From Lama glama (Eukaryota), in contig CM052823.1 in assembly GCA_028534125.1 (NCBI GenBank), positions 6,014,001 to 6,078,000 on the forward strand: 64,000 nt of DNA. Direction: 5' to 3'. Below, piece after piece: positions 12,891-25,515 of this stretch. Positions within the stretch are counted from its first letter, which is position 1. Each line of letters begins with the position of its first letter. A model generated the notes under the pieces. That model searched no databases. It worked only from the letters and a program-made list of their open reading frames with translations, and was not told the DNA's origin. Position numbers and translations under genes: made by a program.

Positions 12891-13155
12891 CAGTAAGATA
12901 ACTTACTAGTTGTATTATGATCAGCCAGCTGCTCTTTCTAATACCTGTTTCTAGTTAACCAAACAGTTAATAGTTAACCAGGGCTGCCTGCATCTTCTCC
13001 CATGTAACCTAATTATCTGAACAGGAGTAGATGTTGCCTCTCGGAACTCCAAGAGTGAAAGCGCATTCACCATGCACACCATGCATTCTCTGAATCCCTT
13101 CTCTAGCAATGAACCTGACCCCCTTGAGCTGGCGTTAAGGTATCATCTTGATTAA

Positions 13156-13480
13156 CAGTTAACCAGTTACCAGGAACAGGCCAAATCGAGCCATTGTCTG
13201 TTTTTGCAAGATCATTAAGAGTTGCTTTTACATTTTGAATGATTGAAAACATCAGAAGAAGAATCTCTTGGGACACGAAAATTACATGAAATTCAGTCTC
13301 AGTATCCATAAATAAAGTTTTACTGGAACCCAGCCACACCCATTTGTTTGCACATTGTCTGCGGCTGCATCTGCTCTACAGCAGCAGAGTGGAGCGGCTG
13401 TGACAGAGAACGTGTGGCTTCCAAAGCCTCACGTGTATACTATCTAGTCCTTCATAGAGAAAGTTTACTGACCTTCGTCT
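13156..13480. mobile_element. MER58B-like hAT-Charlie MITE
   Basis: aaataaagttttactggaacccagccacacccatttgttt...gcagagtggagcggctgtgacagaga...gaaagtttactgacc; length about 330 bp. Confidence 0.85.
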
Positions 13481-16023
13481 TGAGCAACTGTAGCAAAGCC
13501 AGCAATGGAAACTTCTCCTCTCTTTTTCACTCCAAAGCATCTTCATCTATTTCTTCCACCCCCTGGTCCCCCAGTGATTACACAGCACAGTGCCCTGGAT
13601 GTAGAAAGTCTTCATTCATGTTTCCTAAACTAATTTAAAATTCACATTTTACACTTACCTCATTTTGTTTTACTTTTTAACAGAGTTTTGTATCACTTCA
13701 CATTTAGTTTGATTGATCGATTTACGGATTGATCGATTGATCTATTGTTTGATGCCTGATTTAGTCTAGAATGTATCATGGGGCGTTAGATCTCAGTCAT
13801 TGTTTCCATAAGTTACTTCCGTGGATAAAATTCTCTAAATCTGAATACTGGCCTCTTTCTTTTCACCAGCTTTGTGGAGATAAACTTGATTCCGAAGTCA
13901 GCATCTCAAAAGGATTTTGACAAGATATTCAGATCACTTCTAAATCCTTTCCCTGCATTTCTCTCCTCCTGCCCCTTTAGTGATTTTTTTTTAATACTTG
14001 GGACAGGTTTGCAAATATTCAAATGGGGACTCAGTGGAAAAAAACAGAAAAAGATCCTGCAAGAGAGAATTCACCAAGGTAATGCATTCATTGCCCTTTC
14101 CACCTTTGTAAGTTTCACATCTCTTTCAAAATATTGTCCGTGTCATTCCTCCCACACATGAAAAGTAGCCCATATCACATGTAGAATATGCCCATTAGAT
14201 TGCTCTAACGTCCACCCACTGAAATGTTTTTTACTTGGAAGGACTTCAACGGGTTGCACTGCTGGGGACCAAAAATAAGATTTTAATTGAAATACAGATA
14301 AGATAGGAGCCTTTAATTTACCTTCTCCCTAAGCACCAGGACTTTCCTGGCTGCATCTGATAGATGGCTTTTTCCCCTTCTTTCTTTTTCAGCCTAGGCT
14401 AGAGCAGAATTATCTTATCTTCAGATGAAATATTTTAGGGATTTGGGGATTTTGTGTGCCTCAGGACAAAGGACAGCGTTTGTGAAAAGATCACTGTCCT
14501 CTTTTGGAGGCAAATTCCATCCTTATTGAAATTCTGATGTTAGGAAAAGTCCGCCATCTCATTACCATCCTGCACGCCACACATTTTATGTACTTTTATA
14601 GATGACCATGAGAATATTAGGGGCAAAAGAGAGAAAAGAACACAAGGAGATTTCCCCTGCAATCATGTCAGATGAGACATTTTTCTCCACCAACAAAAGA
14701 GTTTGTATAAAATGTGCTGCTATAAAAGTGAATCATGTTATTCTTACGGGGGGCTCTAAGGGACAATGCATTCTGGACCATGAGATCACTGTCACCACTT
14801 TCAGAGTAAATAACACAGTCTCTTCTTCTCAGCCTCTTGTCCACGTGCACGCCAGGGCTTCCCCGCTCCCCCGCTGCCCTGCCAGCCAACCCAGCCCCAC
14901 CATCCCCAGGTCTGGTGGAACAGCAGGGACAGACAGAGAAGGGCACATAAGCCACACGACACACACTTCCAAGGCCAAAGATAACTGAATTACCTGGTTG
15001 TCTGCAGTGACGAATGCAAGTCATAGAGACAGGATGAATAGTCTGTTTTTACTGCATTTCTGGCTGCAGTTCCAGCTTTTAGTTTCCATGCCTGTACCAA
15101 ATGGCCACAACTCCACTGTAGCGGCCACTTCCGGCCCGTAATGATCGCTCAAGCACCACTTGAAATGCAGCTTTGAAATTGCCCTTGTGTTTCACAGACA
15201 CGAGATGTTAGCCCATCACTTCCATGTGGGATGCAATTTTACAAAATATTTGACTTTGTGATTGCATGAATGATGCAACCTTCTTAGTTTTAAATTAGGT
15301 TTGAAGGCAAGTGATAATCATTAATAAGCTGTGTACTTGCTTTTCTCTTTCATCTTTGCTAACCAGATGAATTCCACCTACTTTTATGTGGCTGTTCCAA
15401 TTTTTGCCAGCTTTGTGGACTCCTTGTAAAGAATTCCATGTACCAAGAACAACATAGTTGGTCCTTAATTCAGTAGAGTAGACATTGGGTAGACAAGAAA
15501 GCAAGGTGGAGGAAAACGTGGCGTATTGGAAAAGGCAAAAGAATTAGTGTCAGAGCTCAGTCGGACTTGAGTCCTGGCTTTTGAGAAGACACTAAAACTC
15601 TTCACTGCCTCGTTTCCAAAATGGCAGATGTAAGGCGTATCTGAGGGGCTGAAGTGGGGTTGGATTCACCTAACGCTCATACCTACACTTGGCATAGACT
15701 CTGGCTTTGGTTACCCACCAAACATGAATTCATTATTCCCTTTTCCTGTTTTTAGTGGCTAGATTAGCTGAATCAGAAATTATGTCATTTCAATGGCATC
15801 CTCTTTTTTTGCCAAATTATTCTCCCTCCCAGGAGAATTAAGAGGTTGGTAGGTCCACATGCTTTAAGAGAGCAGAAACTCCATGTGTTTATCCATCACT
15901 CGGTGGCCAGCATCAGGTCAAGGCCTGGCACACAGTACCTTTCTACTGAGCAAATGTGCAGATGTGCCTGAATGACAGATACTCCCCGTTCCATTGACAG
16001 GCCAAAGGAAGATACAAGTTCCA

Positions 16024-16596
16024 CAACCAGTTCTGCTTTAAGGCGACATACGTATGCCTAAAAATCAAGCACTATGCAAATAATCACGCACTTGTGCAAT
16101 AAACCACAGTATTACGGGGAATTCAAACACTTCATCAATGGCACATTGGAGGAAAAAAAAGACCTCATAGAAAAGGTATCACATATTCAATGGCTAAGAA
16201 AAATATATGAATACTGCACTAAATATGGTGCTTTACCTAGAAAAAGGCTCAAAATTTGCTTGTGGAAGTGATGTTGGAAGAGTTGAAGCCGGTGAGTTAT
16301 TATCGCAAAGTGGTAGAAGAAGGGTTTTCTGAAATGAGAGGAATAACTGTAACGTGGGCGGTGGATGGCTGTGAATTCTAATACACATGGTAGACTGGGG
16401 AGGTAGATGATGTTTGCAGGCTATGCGTGTGAATGCAATCCGTGCATTTCCGTGTGGCTCCATCCACATGGGTGCAGTTTTCTGCTCTTACCTGGTGTTT
16501 CCTGCACAGGAAATGACACATGCACAAATGCAAATTTAAATCAATCACATTGAAATAAATGTGTTTTCAAAACAAGAGTTAGAGGAAAACTGGCTG
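16024..16596 (-). mobile_element. Tigger15a-like TcMar-Tigger element
   Basis: Imperfect terminal inverted repeats caaccagttctgctttaaggcg ... gagttagaggaaaactggctg followed by TA; internal gggtgcagttttctgc...cctggtgtttc matches the recalled Tigger15a. Confidence 0.7.
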
Positions 16597-16890
16597 TATC
16601 TTCAAGTATTTAAGGGGCTCTCCTAAAGGAGAATGAACAGGCTGGTTCTTGGTTTCTCGGAGGGTGGACCCACGGGGAATGGACAGACATTAGCGAAGGC
16701 AGCTCAGGTGTTGATGTGAAATGTACAATGTAACACTTAAGAGTTGTTTGGCCAACAGTTCCCATGGGAGGCAGTGGGTACCATGTCACGGGAGAGGTTC
16801 AAGCAGAGAATGGCCATCTATTAGGTAACTATAGAATGGGGAGTCTTGATTGGCCTCTGAAAGTCTCTCCAGATATAAATGTTAAAATTC
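16597..16890 (+). mobile_element. L3/CR1 3' fragment
   Basis: tcttcaagtatttaaggggct...gaggcagtgggtaccatgtcacgggagaggttcaagcagag...gcctctgaaagtctctcc, CR1 tail. Confidence 0.7.
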
Positions 16891-17509
16891 TTAATTGTTT
16901 ACTTTAAGTTGTGTCTGTAAAGCCGAGAACAATCAGGTGAAAAGTCAAATATTAAGTCAATAAAATGTTCACTGTGTCCACAATATGCTGAATTTCTGGC
17001 ATGTTGATATGTGTGTATGTGTGTATGTATGTTGGTGTGTGTGTGGCTATGATTTGGAGTGTGTCTGAGTCTGTGAGCTATTTCTAAATGAACTAACAAT
17101 ACTGTGTGGGTAAGGACTGTATGAGGTTAATACCAGCGACTGAAACAGAAAAACCCTCAACTTCCAGCGATGCAACTCATTCGAAGTGTAATTCTTTCTT
17201 AAGTTCATTCTAACATGTGTATCTCTGAAGGAAACAGAGGTTTTCAAATTCACTGTAGTTTTCTTCATCAAGCCGGAGCGGAGGAGCTGAGCCTTCATCA
17301 GGGCACAGAGGACTGTGGAAGAAGTCCGGTACAATGCCTAATGGAAGGGAGGCTGGTCAGTGTTATCTAGCTGGGTGCTTGGGAAGGGGTGGGTGGCAGA
17401 GGCTGTGAACGCCTGGCAACCTCTTCTTCAGTAGACCTCACCTTGTCCATATCTATCAATCAATGTTGACATCTTGAGAAAAGTTAACTCATTTCAGGAA
17501 AGGGAGAAA

Positions 17510-17730
17510 TACAGCCAGCATTTATTAAGCACATATCATGTGCTTAACTATACTCTTTATACACGTGCAAGTACTGTTTCATTTAATAATTACAATAATG
17601 CTGTTAGTTGGACATTGGTCCTCCCATTTACAGAGGAAAGATTGAGGTTAGAGACAAAAAGCAAGTTAGACAAGATGACGCAGCTATTTACCTGTCGGAG
17701 AGAGGACTTAAACTCCGAACATGAGATACC
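17510..17730 (-). mobile_element. MIR
   Basis: agcatttattaagcac...cccatttacagaggaaagattgagg. Confidence 0.75.
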
Positions 17731-17959
17731 CCTTCTGTTTTCTTTCCCCGTGGCCCTTTGGAGGCACTCAGCTGGTAACTTTCGGCTTAGGGAGGAATGT
17801 ATCTTCAGTGAAGACGATCTAGACAGACGTGGGTGTGTCTTTAAAGATGGGAGGAGACAAGAAGGGGGGGAGGACCTGGACATTGGGTAGAAGCTGGTCC
17901 TCAGTTTGGTTGCTGAATGTGCATAATTTGGACATACAGCTTGTTCTCACAAGGAAAGG

Positions 17960-18170
17960 ACACAGGCTTAGTGTCCAGACTGACCCCAGCTCCCAGACCC
18001 TCCTCTGCCACTTGTGTCACCTCAGTTTGGTTATGCCAGTCATCCTCCCGAGTTTCAGTCCCTTCAACGAAAAACCAAATAATCAACAAATAATCTTCCC
18101 TTTCTGTAGTGAGCTAAGAGTCGGTTCATAGAAAACGTGCAAATGAATGCATTTTAAGCCCTTAGGTGCT
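17960..18170 (+). mobile_element. MIR (degraded)
   Basis: ggcttagtgtccagac...tctgccacttgtgtcacctcag...gagtttcagtccctt. Confidence 0.55.
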
Positions 18171-18677
18171 ATACAATTATCATCATTACAGAAACTAGGC
18201 ATTTGTGTTGCAGGAGAAAAGAACAGAAAGATCATATTCAGGTTGTTTGTGGGGAAAATACAAAAACTTGATCCTGAATGCAGAGAGAGGAAAACAAAAA
18301 AGACAGTCTATTTTTTTCTCCTGCTGTTTTGTTGACAGATATTAATGTTTTTAAGTCTTTCAGATTGGTCTTAAGGACTCACTTTTCTGAGGTCTTGTTG
18401 CAGCTGAAAAGCCCATGGGGGCGATTTCCAGTAATCTAAGTTAATAAACTATAAACTAACTTTTCCGAAGACTAAAAAATAAAACCAAAAATCTACCACC
18501 TTTCACAAAGTAATTGCACCAACTGTAAAACAGCCAAATGCTGGTTAGCAGATGTATCAAGGCATTAGTGTGGGAAACTATATATATGTGTATACATATA
18601 CATTCTTTGTTCTTAAGATGTTGGTTGTCTAGCATCATGAACATCACCCATATTGGACTATCTTCCTTTGTGTGGGG

Positions 18678-19096
18678 TGTACTAGTCAGGGTTCTCCAGA
18701 GAAATAGAACAGGGGGTTGCACATATTTAGAGACAGATAGATTCATTTTAAGAAATTGGCTCATGTGATTGTGAAGGGTTGATAAGATCAAAATCATCAA
18801 GGTAGGTTGTAGGCTGGGGAACCCAGGGAAGAGTTGCAGTTGGAGTCCAAAGGCCATCTGCTGGCAGAATTTCTTCTCTCTCAGGGAAGGTCAGTCATTG
18901 CTTTATTGAAGTCTTCAACTGATTGGATGGGGCCCACCCACATTAGGGAGGGCAGTCTGCTTTATTCAAAGTCTACTGATTTAAATGTAAATCCCATCCA
19001 AAACAGACACACTTGCTGAAACATCCAGAATCACATTTAACCTATTTTTTGGGCACCTTGACGCAGTCAAGTTGACATGTGAAAATCCCCTTTACA
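18678..19096 (-). mobile_element. MLT2 (ERVL) solo LTR
   Basis: tgtactagtcagggttctccagagaaatagaac...ggctcatgtgattgtg...cttcaactgattggatggggcccacccacatt...gtcaagttgaca...aca; TG...CA ends. Confidence 0.9.
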
Positions 19097-19559
19097 TGGC
19101 AGTAATCCATGATGAGATTCAAAGTGGCAGAGAGAGAATCCTGAGTCTAGAGTCACCTGTCCTCATTCCGAAAACCATTTGAAGACTCATGTTCTCATGT
19201 TAACTTGTCGAGACAAAGGCCCATGGTTCCCCGTGAATAAAAAGGCCCAGGAGACAAAGAGAACAGAAGTTACGAAACAAAAATATATAAAGACGGGCAT
19301 CTATCATCTGCAAACTCCAGATTTCTTAGTCTCCCCATCACCTTTGTACTCCACAATGTAAGATCATCCATCACCAATGTGTCCCTCCTCCTTTATGAAT
19401 TTCACTCTTTTGACAAGTAAATCCATTATTTGGGGGTTACACAAACTGTCGACTTGCTGCAGGCGTGGTCTTTGCATGGGTGCCTGTCATCACATCATAA
19501 TACCAGCTCGCACGAGCTCTCATGAGGGCAAGGGATTGAGTGCCCTGCTCCACGCCTGC

Positions 19560-19750
19560 CACCAGTCACCTGCACAACGGTCACTGTCAGCTTCACCATT
19601 AGGTATGGTCATCTGCGTTTTGCAGCCCAGGAATCTGCATCTCGAAGAGCTGAGACAAGTTTCCTAGAAACACACAGCTTGTAAATGTGGATGCCGGGTT
19701 TCAAACTCAGGCCCGTCTGTGCTGAAACCTGCGTCTGTGACCACTGGGTT
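19560..19750 (-). mobile_element. MIR (degraded)
   Basis: cacacagcttgtaaatgtggatgccgggtttcaaactcaggcccgtctg. Confidence 0.6.
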
Positions 19751-20483
19751 AACTTGCCTTCTTTGTAATCTTTTTCCAGTGTGTTTTTTTCTTTTGTCTC
19801 TCTGACATTTTTTTTCCCTGTGTTATTTAGAATGTGTCTTGCTCTTGGGTTTAAAATATCTTTTTAATTCAACAATTCCCATTTAAAAATAATGACCCCA
19901 CAGGTAGGGTGTTGGAATACTCTGTGTCTTGATCTGGAGAAAGTAAAACTTCATCAACCCGGGGGCGGAAGTTTAATGAGCCTTCTGGAGGCAGGTCAGA
20001 CCTCAATAAAAGCATTCAAAGCTAAAACACAAAGATTTAAAAATAACCAGATGACAAAACAAATCAGAAGATGAGGACAGTAAAATAAGAATCACAGGAG
20101 CGTAGAGGGTGCACACCGAAAGAGACTCCCTGTAAGGCGGTTCCTCTGCGCTGATGCTTTCATCACACGACACTGCCAGTGCTTGTCCGGGGATGTTTTT
20201 GCCATCCGGCCAGACCGCAGCATTTGAAGGACAGAGCCTGGCACGTCTGGTCCCTTGACACAGGCTCTCAGGGTGAGTGAAATAGTTTTTCTGCTTTGCT
20301 GCGTTTCACTTGCACAAGTTAACCTGGTGTCAGTCAAACACCTCATCTTATTTACCGATGGGCCCTTGGTAGAGACATTTATGACACACCTTGAATGTGC
20401 AGGGTGAGCTTTTCCCATACTGCTAAGTGCTCACCTTAATCTTCCTGATCATCTCCTCCTTACCCCGTTAAGTGCCCACTCAC

Positions 20484-20721
20484 CTAAAACACACTGGGTA
20501 ATGATGTTTATTACCCAACAACGAAAATATTGTTATTTACGGTTACAATCAGGATGTCATCAAATATGAATGCTCCCATTCGGGGAGGCCCATCCGACTG
20601 ATTGTTTATGTAAATGAAAGCGTTCGTTCATCATCTCATCCATTTGGGGAAGAAACAATCAGCCGGGCGGGCGGTTTCTCCCTGGAATATCCTTTTAATA
20701 TTCAGTTCACCGGAAGCCAAT
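20484..20721 (-). ncRNA. Candidate non-coding exon containing hairpins
   Basis: Minus-strand acceptor cttcagtttttttctttgttgcag| and donor TAG|GTGAGT; stops in all 3 frames; 20-bp stem at 20588-20672; no transcript data. Confidence 0.3.
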
Positions 20722-21231
20722 CTGCAACAAAGAAAAAAACTGAAGAATTCAAAGATAAATCTAAGGCTATAGCAAGACATAAAGTCGGCGGGCCTCTAAC
20801 CACCGGCACACAGCAGGCAGTGAGTCAGCTGTTGTTCCTCTTGGCTGGGACACTCACAGCGGACATACAGTCGGGACGCACTTCATGCAGACAGGCAAGC
20901 TCTCCATCCCAATCTCTTCCACTCAGCCTCCAGCCAAGGAGCTTGTCATGCAGCAGATGTCACTGCCCCGCCCTATAACTGGCCGTCTTCATGATCTCAG
21001 GCATGTCACATTTACATGCTAAGCCTTAGGTAACTTATCTCTGAATGGAAACTTAGATGGGCTCTAAATTATAACTCTAAAGATGTGTCCATAATGACCA
21101 TCTCAATGGATAGGTCCCATTATACCATTAAGAAGGGAGAAAAGCGCTCTGGCTCTCACACCTGCGGTGATCAATACTATGGCTCTAAGTCTGTAATAAA
21201 AAGGAGAAAGAATCCATTGTAGGATTCTCTA

Positions 21232-21465
21232 AAGGGTTATACTTTTTTTCCTCCTGTAAAGAACCAAGCAGCAAATGGGTGTGACTTTGCCAGCCATACG
21301 GTGTCTGTTCCAACCAGCTAATTCTGCTCCAGTAGTGCAAAATCACCCGCTGAGAGAATGTCAACCAACAAGTGTGTCTGTGTTCCAATAAAACTTTATT
21401 TATAAAAATTATCAAACAGGAGCCTGGCAAGATTTGCTCTGGGGACTAAATTTGCCGATCACTGG
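21232..21465. mobile_element. MER58A hAT-Charlie MITE
   Basis: ctgtaaagaaccaagcagcaaat...ctgtgttccaataaaactttatttataaaaa...tttgccgatcactg; about 230 bp. Confidence 0.85.
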
Positions 21466-22384
21466 TCTAAAGCATCACTACCGAGAGTATGATCCAAGAA
21501 CCCTTAGCCTTACAAGATATTCTTGAAAAAAAACAAATGATTCTCTAGACAAATGAGTCAGGAAGCACCACACATCTTGGTGGTGTCTCTCGTATATTTA
21601 TCATGTGCACTAGCCCCTCACACAGATGGAAAAATCTTACTGCAAATAAACTGTTTAAACCAGAGTTTTCCCAAACTTATCTGACCTTCCTGGGTACCTA
21701 CTCCCTCTTCCCACCCAAAGAACCCTAGTCTTGAGGGGTGCTTCCCTGAAGCCCACGTTTGTCAGCAGGCTGTGGGATGCAGAAAAAGGAAGAGTTCTAA
21801 GCTCACTTTGCTAACCCTCCTCTGGGTGAGTCATCCTCTGAGGGGACGGGACTGGGATCTGGGGAGGCTGATAGATCCAGCAGGTCAGGACCAGGATGAC
21901 TTAGTTGGGAACCTTTGTCTTAATGAGCTGAAGACTAGCCAAGAAGCAGCCTCATGACCTCATGGAAGGATCCATTTAAGAGACCTGAGTCTTGGTCTCC
22001 AGTTTACCGTTAATCAGCTTTGTGGTTCTGGGAAGCCGCGTTACCTTTTTGAGCTTCATGGGCAAAATCACTTTCCTCAGCTGAAAAAGGAAGACATCCG
22101 CTTAGGAAATCCCGGAGGATTTTGTGGATTTGTTGCCTTTGTTCCAACTCTAGGATGATGATGATGATGATGATTAGTCTTTCAGGAGAGTTAGAATGTG
22201 GAAGCCAATTCAAGGGTGAGGAATACACAGAAATAGGGACCAGAACTTCTCACCCATGGACTTGACTTCTTGACTGTCAATTCCATAAAAACAAACTGGG
22301 TTGACTTTCATTTCTCGATTCAGAACCGCAAGGATCCAGGCCCCAGGAGGAAAGCAGTGTGTCCTCATAAAGACCACTTGATGG

Positions 22385-22570
22385 ACTTGCGCTCAGAGGC
22401 AGAAGTCCTGATCTGAACCCAAGTTCGGCACCTGTCATCCACGGGACCATGCACACCCACTCTTCTTCTGGCCTCAGTTTCCCTGTATCCCTGGAGATGA
22501 CGGAGCACAAAAGATGCTTTCTAACCTGTCGTAATAAGCGAAGGATGTTATCATTAATGCCATGACTGCT
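22385..22570 (+). mobile_element. MIR
   Basis: tctggcctcagtttccctgtatc core, preceded by ctgatctgaacccaagttc. Confidence 0.65.
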
Positions 22571-23509
22571 ACCATACCTGTGGTCACTCTGCACAAAGCA
22601 TAACAGGCCAAACAAAATTACACTGTGAATATTAAACACTTTGTACAGCTGGCAAAGCTGTTGAGGGAACAGCAGTTGCTGTGTAGCCCCGTCCTGGTGT
22701 AGACTAGCCTTCTCCTCTGCAAAATGGGCATCTTTTAACTCAGAGACATGCTGAGAGAAGGATTTATAGGGTAGAACATGCTATTAAATGGCTTCAACAT
22801 ATTATTATACATAAAAACAACAGTAATGATATTATTAGTGGACATGCCTCACGTAGGAACAGGGAGCCAGCCTCAATTTCTGCAGGAAGAATTTGCTAGA
22901 AATGGCAGGACCGTCTATCCCACTGCAGAATACAAAGGGATTGGCCTCGAATCCCAAAGTTTGCAAAGGATTTGAGAAAAAAGAAAAAAAATAAAAACAT
23001 GACTTTGCTTTCTTGAAAATGTATCCAATTGAATTTCCTTTCAAAGGAGAGCTGAATGATCCCTTCGTTTCGGTTAGAGCCGGCTCAAAAACACCGCCTC
23101 TGCACAGCGCATTACGCACATCATTTATTCAGCAGATATCATAATAAATTCCGGGCCGCTCTTAGGGAGAGAAATTTCAATATTAGATAAAAATAGTGAG
23201 ATGGCGACGGCAACTGTGTTTGTCTGGTACACAGAGTAAATAGGATTGTTAGCAATTGCTAAAGGCTTCGGGAGAAGATAGGGAAACAAAGATAGCTCGT
23301 GCCCGGTTCTCCGCCGACCAGTTGCTGAGGTTCAGGGAAACTTGATTACCTTCTGCCACGCGTGCTTCTGAGCAGGCCCAGAGATGAGCTCCCCCTTCCT
23401 TCTATTTTCTCCTAAGAGTAGCTGAATGTTATCCTAATGAGAAATCTGCTCAGATTTGGAAACAGGCTGGTGCTGCCTTCTCTCCCCATCCTTTTAGCCT
23501 CCCCTTATT

Positions 23510-23575
23510 TCTCCCTCTCTCTCCCTCTTTCTCTCATACACACACACACACACACACTCACACACTCACACACTC
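23510..23575. repeat. (CT)n/(CA)n compound microsatellite
   Basis: ctccctctctctccctctttctctcatacacacacacacacacacactcacacactcacacac. Confidence 0.85.
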
Positions 23576-23759
23576 ATAAGAATGTTCAGTGTCACAAGGC
23601 GTCAGAGGTCCTGTCTGGGCTCCCACCATGCTGGCCACGCAGATGTGACTCTGGCCGGCACTCTCCCCCTAAATGTGTGCTCTTCAATCTGCATCAGCAG
23701 AGCCCAGACTGGAGACTCTCCAAGCATCCCTGCTCACATCCTGTACATGTCAGGACTGA

Positions 23760-23975
23760 CCTATACTGACCACTGACAAGGCCCGGGCCTGGTCACCTGC
23801 TGTCCATGTATTAACTCATTGGGTCCTCACAGTGCCCTGGGAGACAGGCAGAATTCACCCCTCCAGGTGAGAGATGAGGACACCGAGGCATGGAGAAGGT
23901 ACTTAGTTGGCCCCAGGTCACATCAAGGAGCTGGCCCAGCCACAATTCCAGCCAGAGCCCCGTGGTTCCAAAGCA
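23760..23975 (-). mobile_element. MIR
   Basis: ttaactcattgggtcctcac...gagatgaggacaccgaggcatggagaagg...ccccaggtcaca. Confidence 0.75.
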
Positions 23976-24033
23976 CAGAGCAGAGAGCACAGATCGGCGA
24001 GGAAGGATCCTCGGTCAGCCCCCTAAGGCTGCG

Positions 24034-24079
24034 GCAGGTGTCTGTTCCCTAATGTAAGCAGGTCTGTTCCCTAATGTAA
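24034..24079. repeat. Short tandem duplication (24 + 22 bp)
   Basis: gcaggtgtctgttccctaatgtaa followed by gcaggtctgttccctaatgtaa. Confidence 0.9.
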
Positions 24080-25435
24080 TGCACAGCAGTCCGCTCGGCA
24101 CCGAACAGAACCGGAAATTGCAGAAGCGTCCTATTGTGTCAACAGGGGCCCTAGAGGCCATTGAAAAGAGTGGATCTGGGGAGACAGAGCTGCAATTTCC
24201 AGGAAGAAGTCATCACAAGAGATGAGCTCCCACTGATGTCCAGGCAGAGGGGAGGCGGCCCAAGGCTGAAGGGGTCCAGAAACACTTACGCAAAGACACG
24301 TTTGGAAGGAGCCATGAAGGGGGGGTCTGGGGTGGAAGCAGGAAGAGGCAGGCTGCGGGGATGAGCGGTGGGAGAAAAGCACAGGGCAGGAAAGGGAGAG
24401 GCTCCAGCAACAGCCGGGCTGGGCTGAGGGCTCACCCCGGCAAGGGAGGGGAGACCAGGAGGCTGTGACCGCCGGCTCCAGCACATCTCTCTGCTTTGTT
24501 TTGCTTCATTTTGAATCATGCTGAACGCCAGTGGGGTGCTCGCGGTGGCTGTGGAACGACTGGGTGAATTTTTGCATGAGGATTCTGAACCACACAGATG
24601 AGGGGCAGGGCTGCAGGCAGGACCTGTCATGAGCACACGCGCCAGACTCAACGAAAGCCCTGTGAAGTGACACGCAGGGCGCTTCTTCATTATCTTCTGG
24701 ATGTGGACAACGTGGGCTAGTATCTAAGAATGCAGCATCTAAATTATTGCAGTAAACTCACCTCCTGTCCATTCATCCATCTCCCCGGAAGACGAATAGG
24801 TGGGGAGAGCACATGTCTCGCTGTGTACGGCCCCTGCCTGTGTCTTTCCTTTGACTCCTCCACGTGGCGTCAGGGGGCCGCAGGGTGACAGCTGGGCTGT
24901 AGGGGAATGCTAGCGTCCTGTGGGACCAGAACTTGCCCTCCAGCCCTTGCATTTGCCCCATCAAGAACTTCCTTCTTTCTGTGCCCACCAGTAACCATTT
25001 CTGTGTTGTTGTTCTCTAAAGCCTCCTGACAGTTTCAAAACCAAGAAGCATGACTCAATCCTGGTCGGGGCTCCATTGGCATCTCCTGAATGAAGAGACT
25101 GAAATTCCACATGTAGGAAGATTCTTGAATCTTTCTTCATCTACTCTGTTCACCCTCCTTCAGAACCGAGCTTCAGACTGAAGTAGAGGAGGTGCTGGTG
25201 TGAGGCTTTCTGTCTGCCTCCTAAGGGATCAGATCCTCTCTAGCAGGGGGCTGGGTGCCTTCCGAAACAAGGTCCCACCTGGCCCCCTTTGTTCCTGCAA
25301 GGTCAGCCTCCTCATCTCCACAGACGGATGAAAAAGCTGAACTTCAGAGCCCTCACAGAGTGCAAAGAAAATCGCTCCTTGGCCTTTTTGGCTAAGATCA
25401 AGTACAGAGTGCAAAGAAATACAGAAAATAGAAAA

Positions 25436-25515
25436 GAAGGAGAGGGAGGGAGGGAGGGAGGGAGGGAGGGAGGAAGGAAGGAAGGAAGGAAGGAAGGAAG
25501 GAAGGAAGGAAGGGA
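25436..25515. repeat. (GGGA)n(GGAA)n purine microsatellite
   Basis: Directly visible tetranucleotide runs. Confidence 0.95.

Noticed and set aside
13705-13765. gattgatcgatt repeats
   Set aside because: A degenerate (GATT/GATC)n microsatellite with no further structure
24864-24881. CTCF-like motifs (also near 25238 and 28788)
   Set aside because: Each has several mismatches at informative core positions
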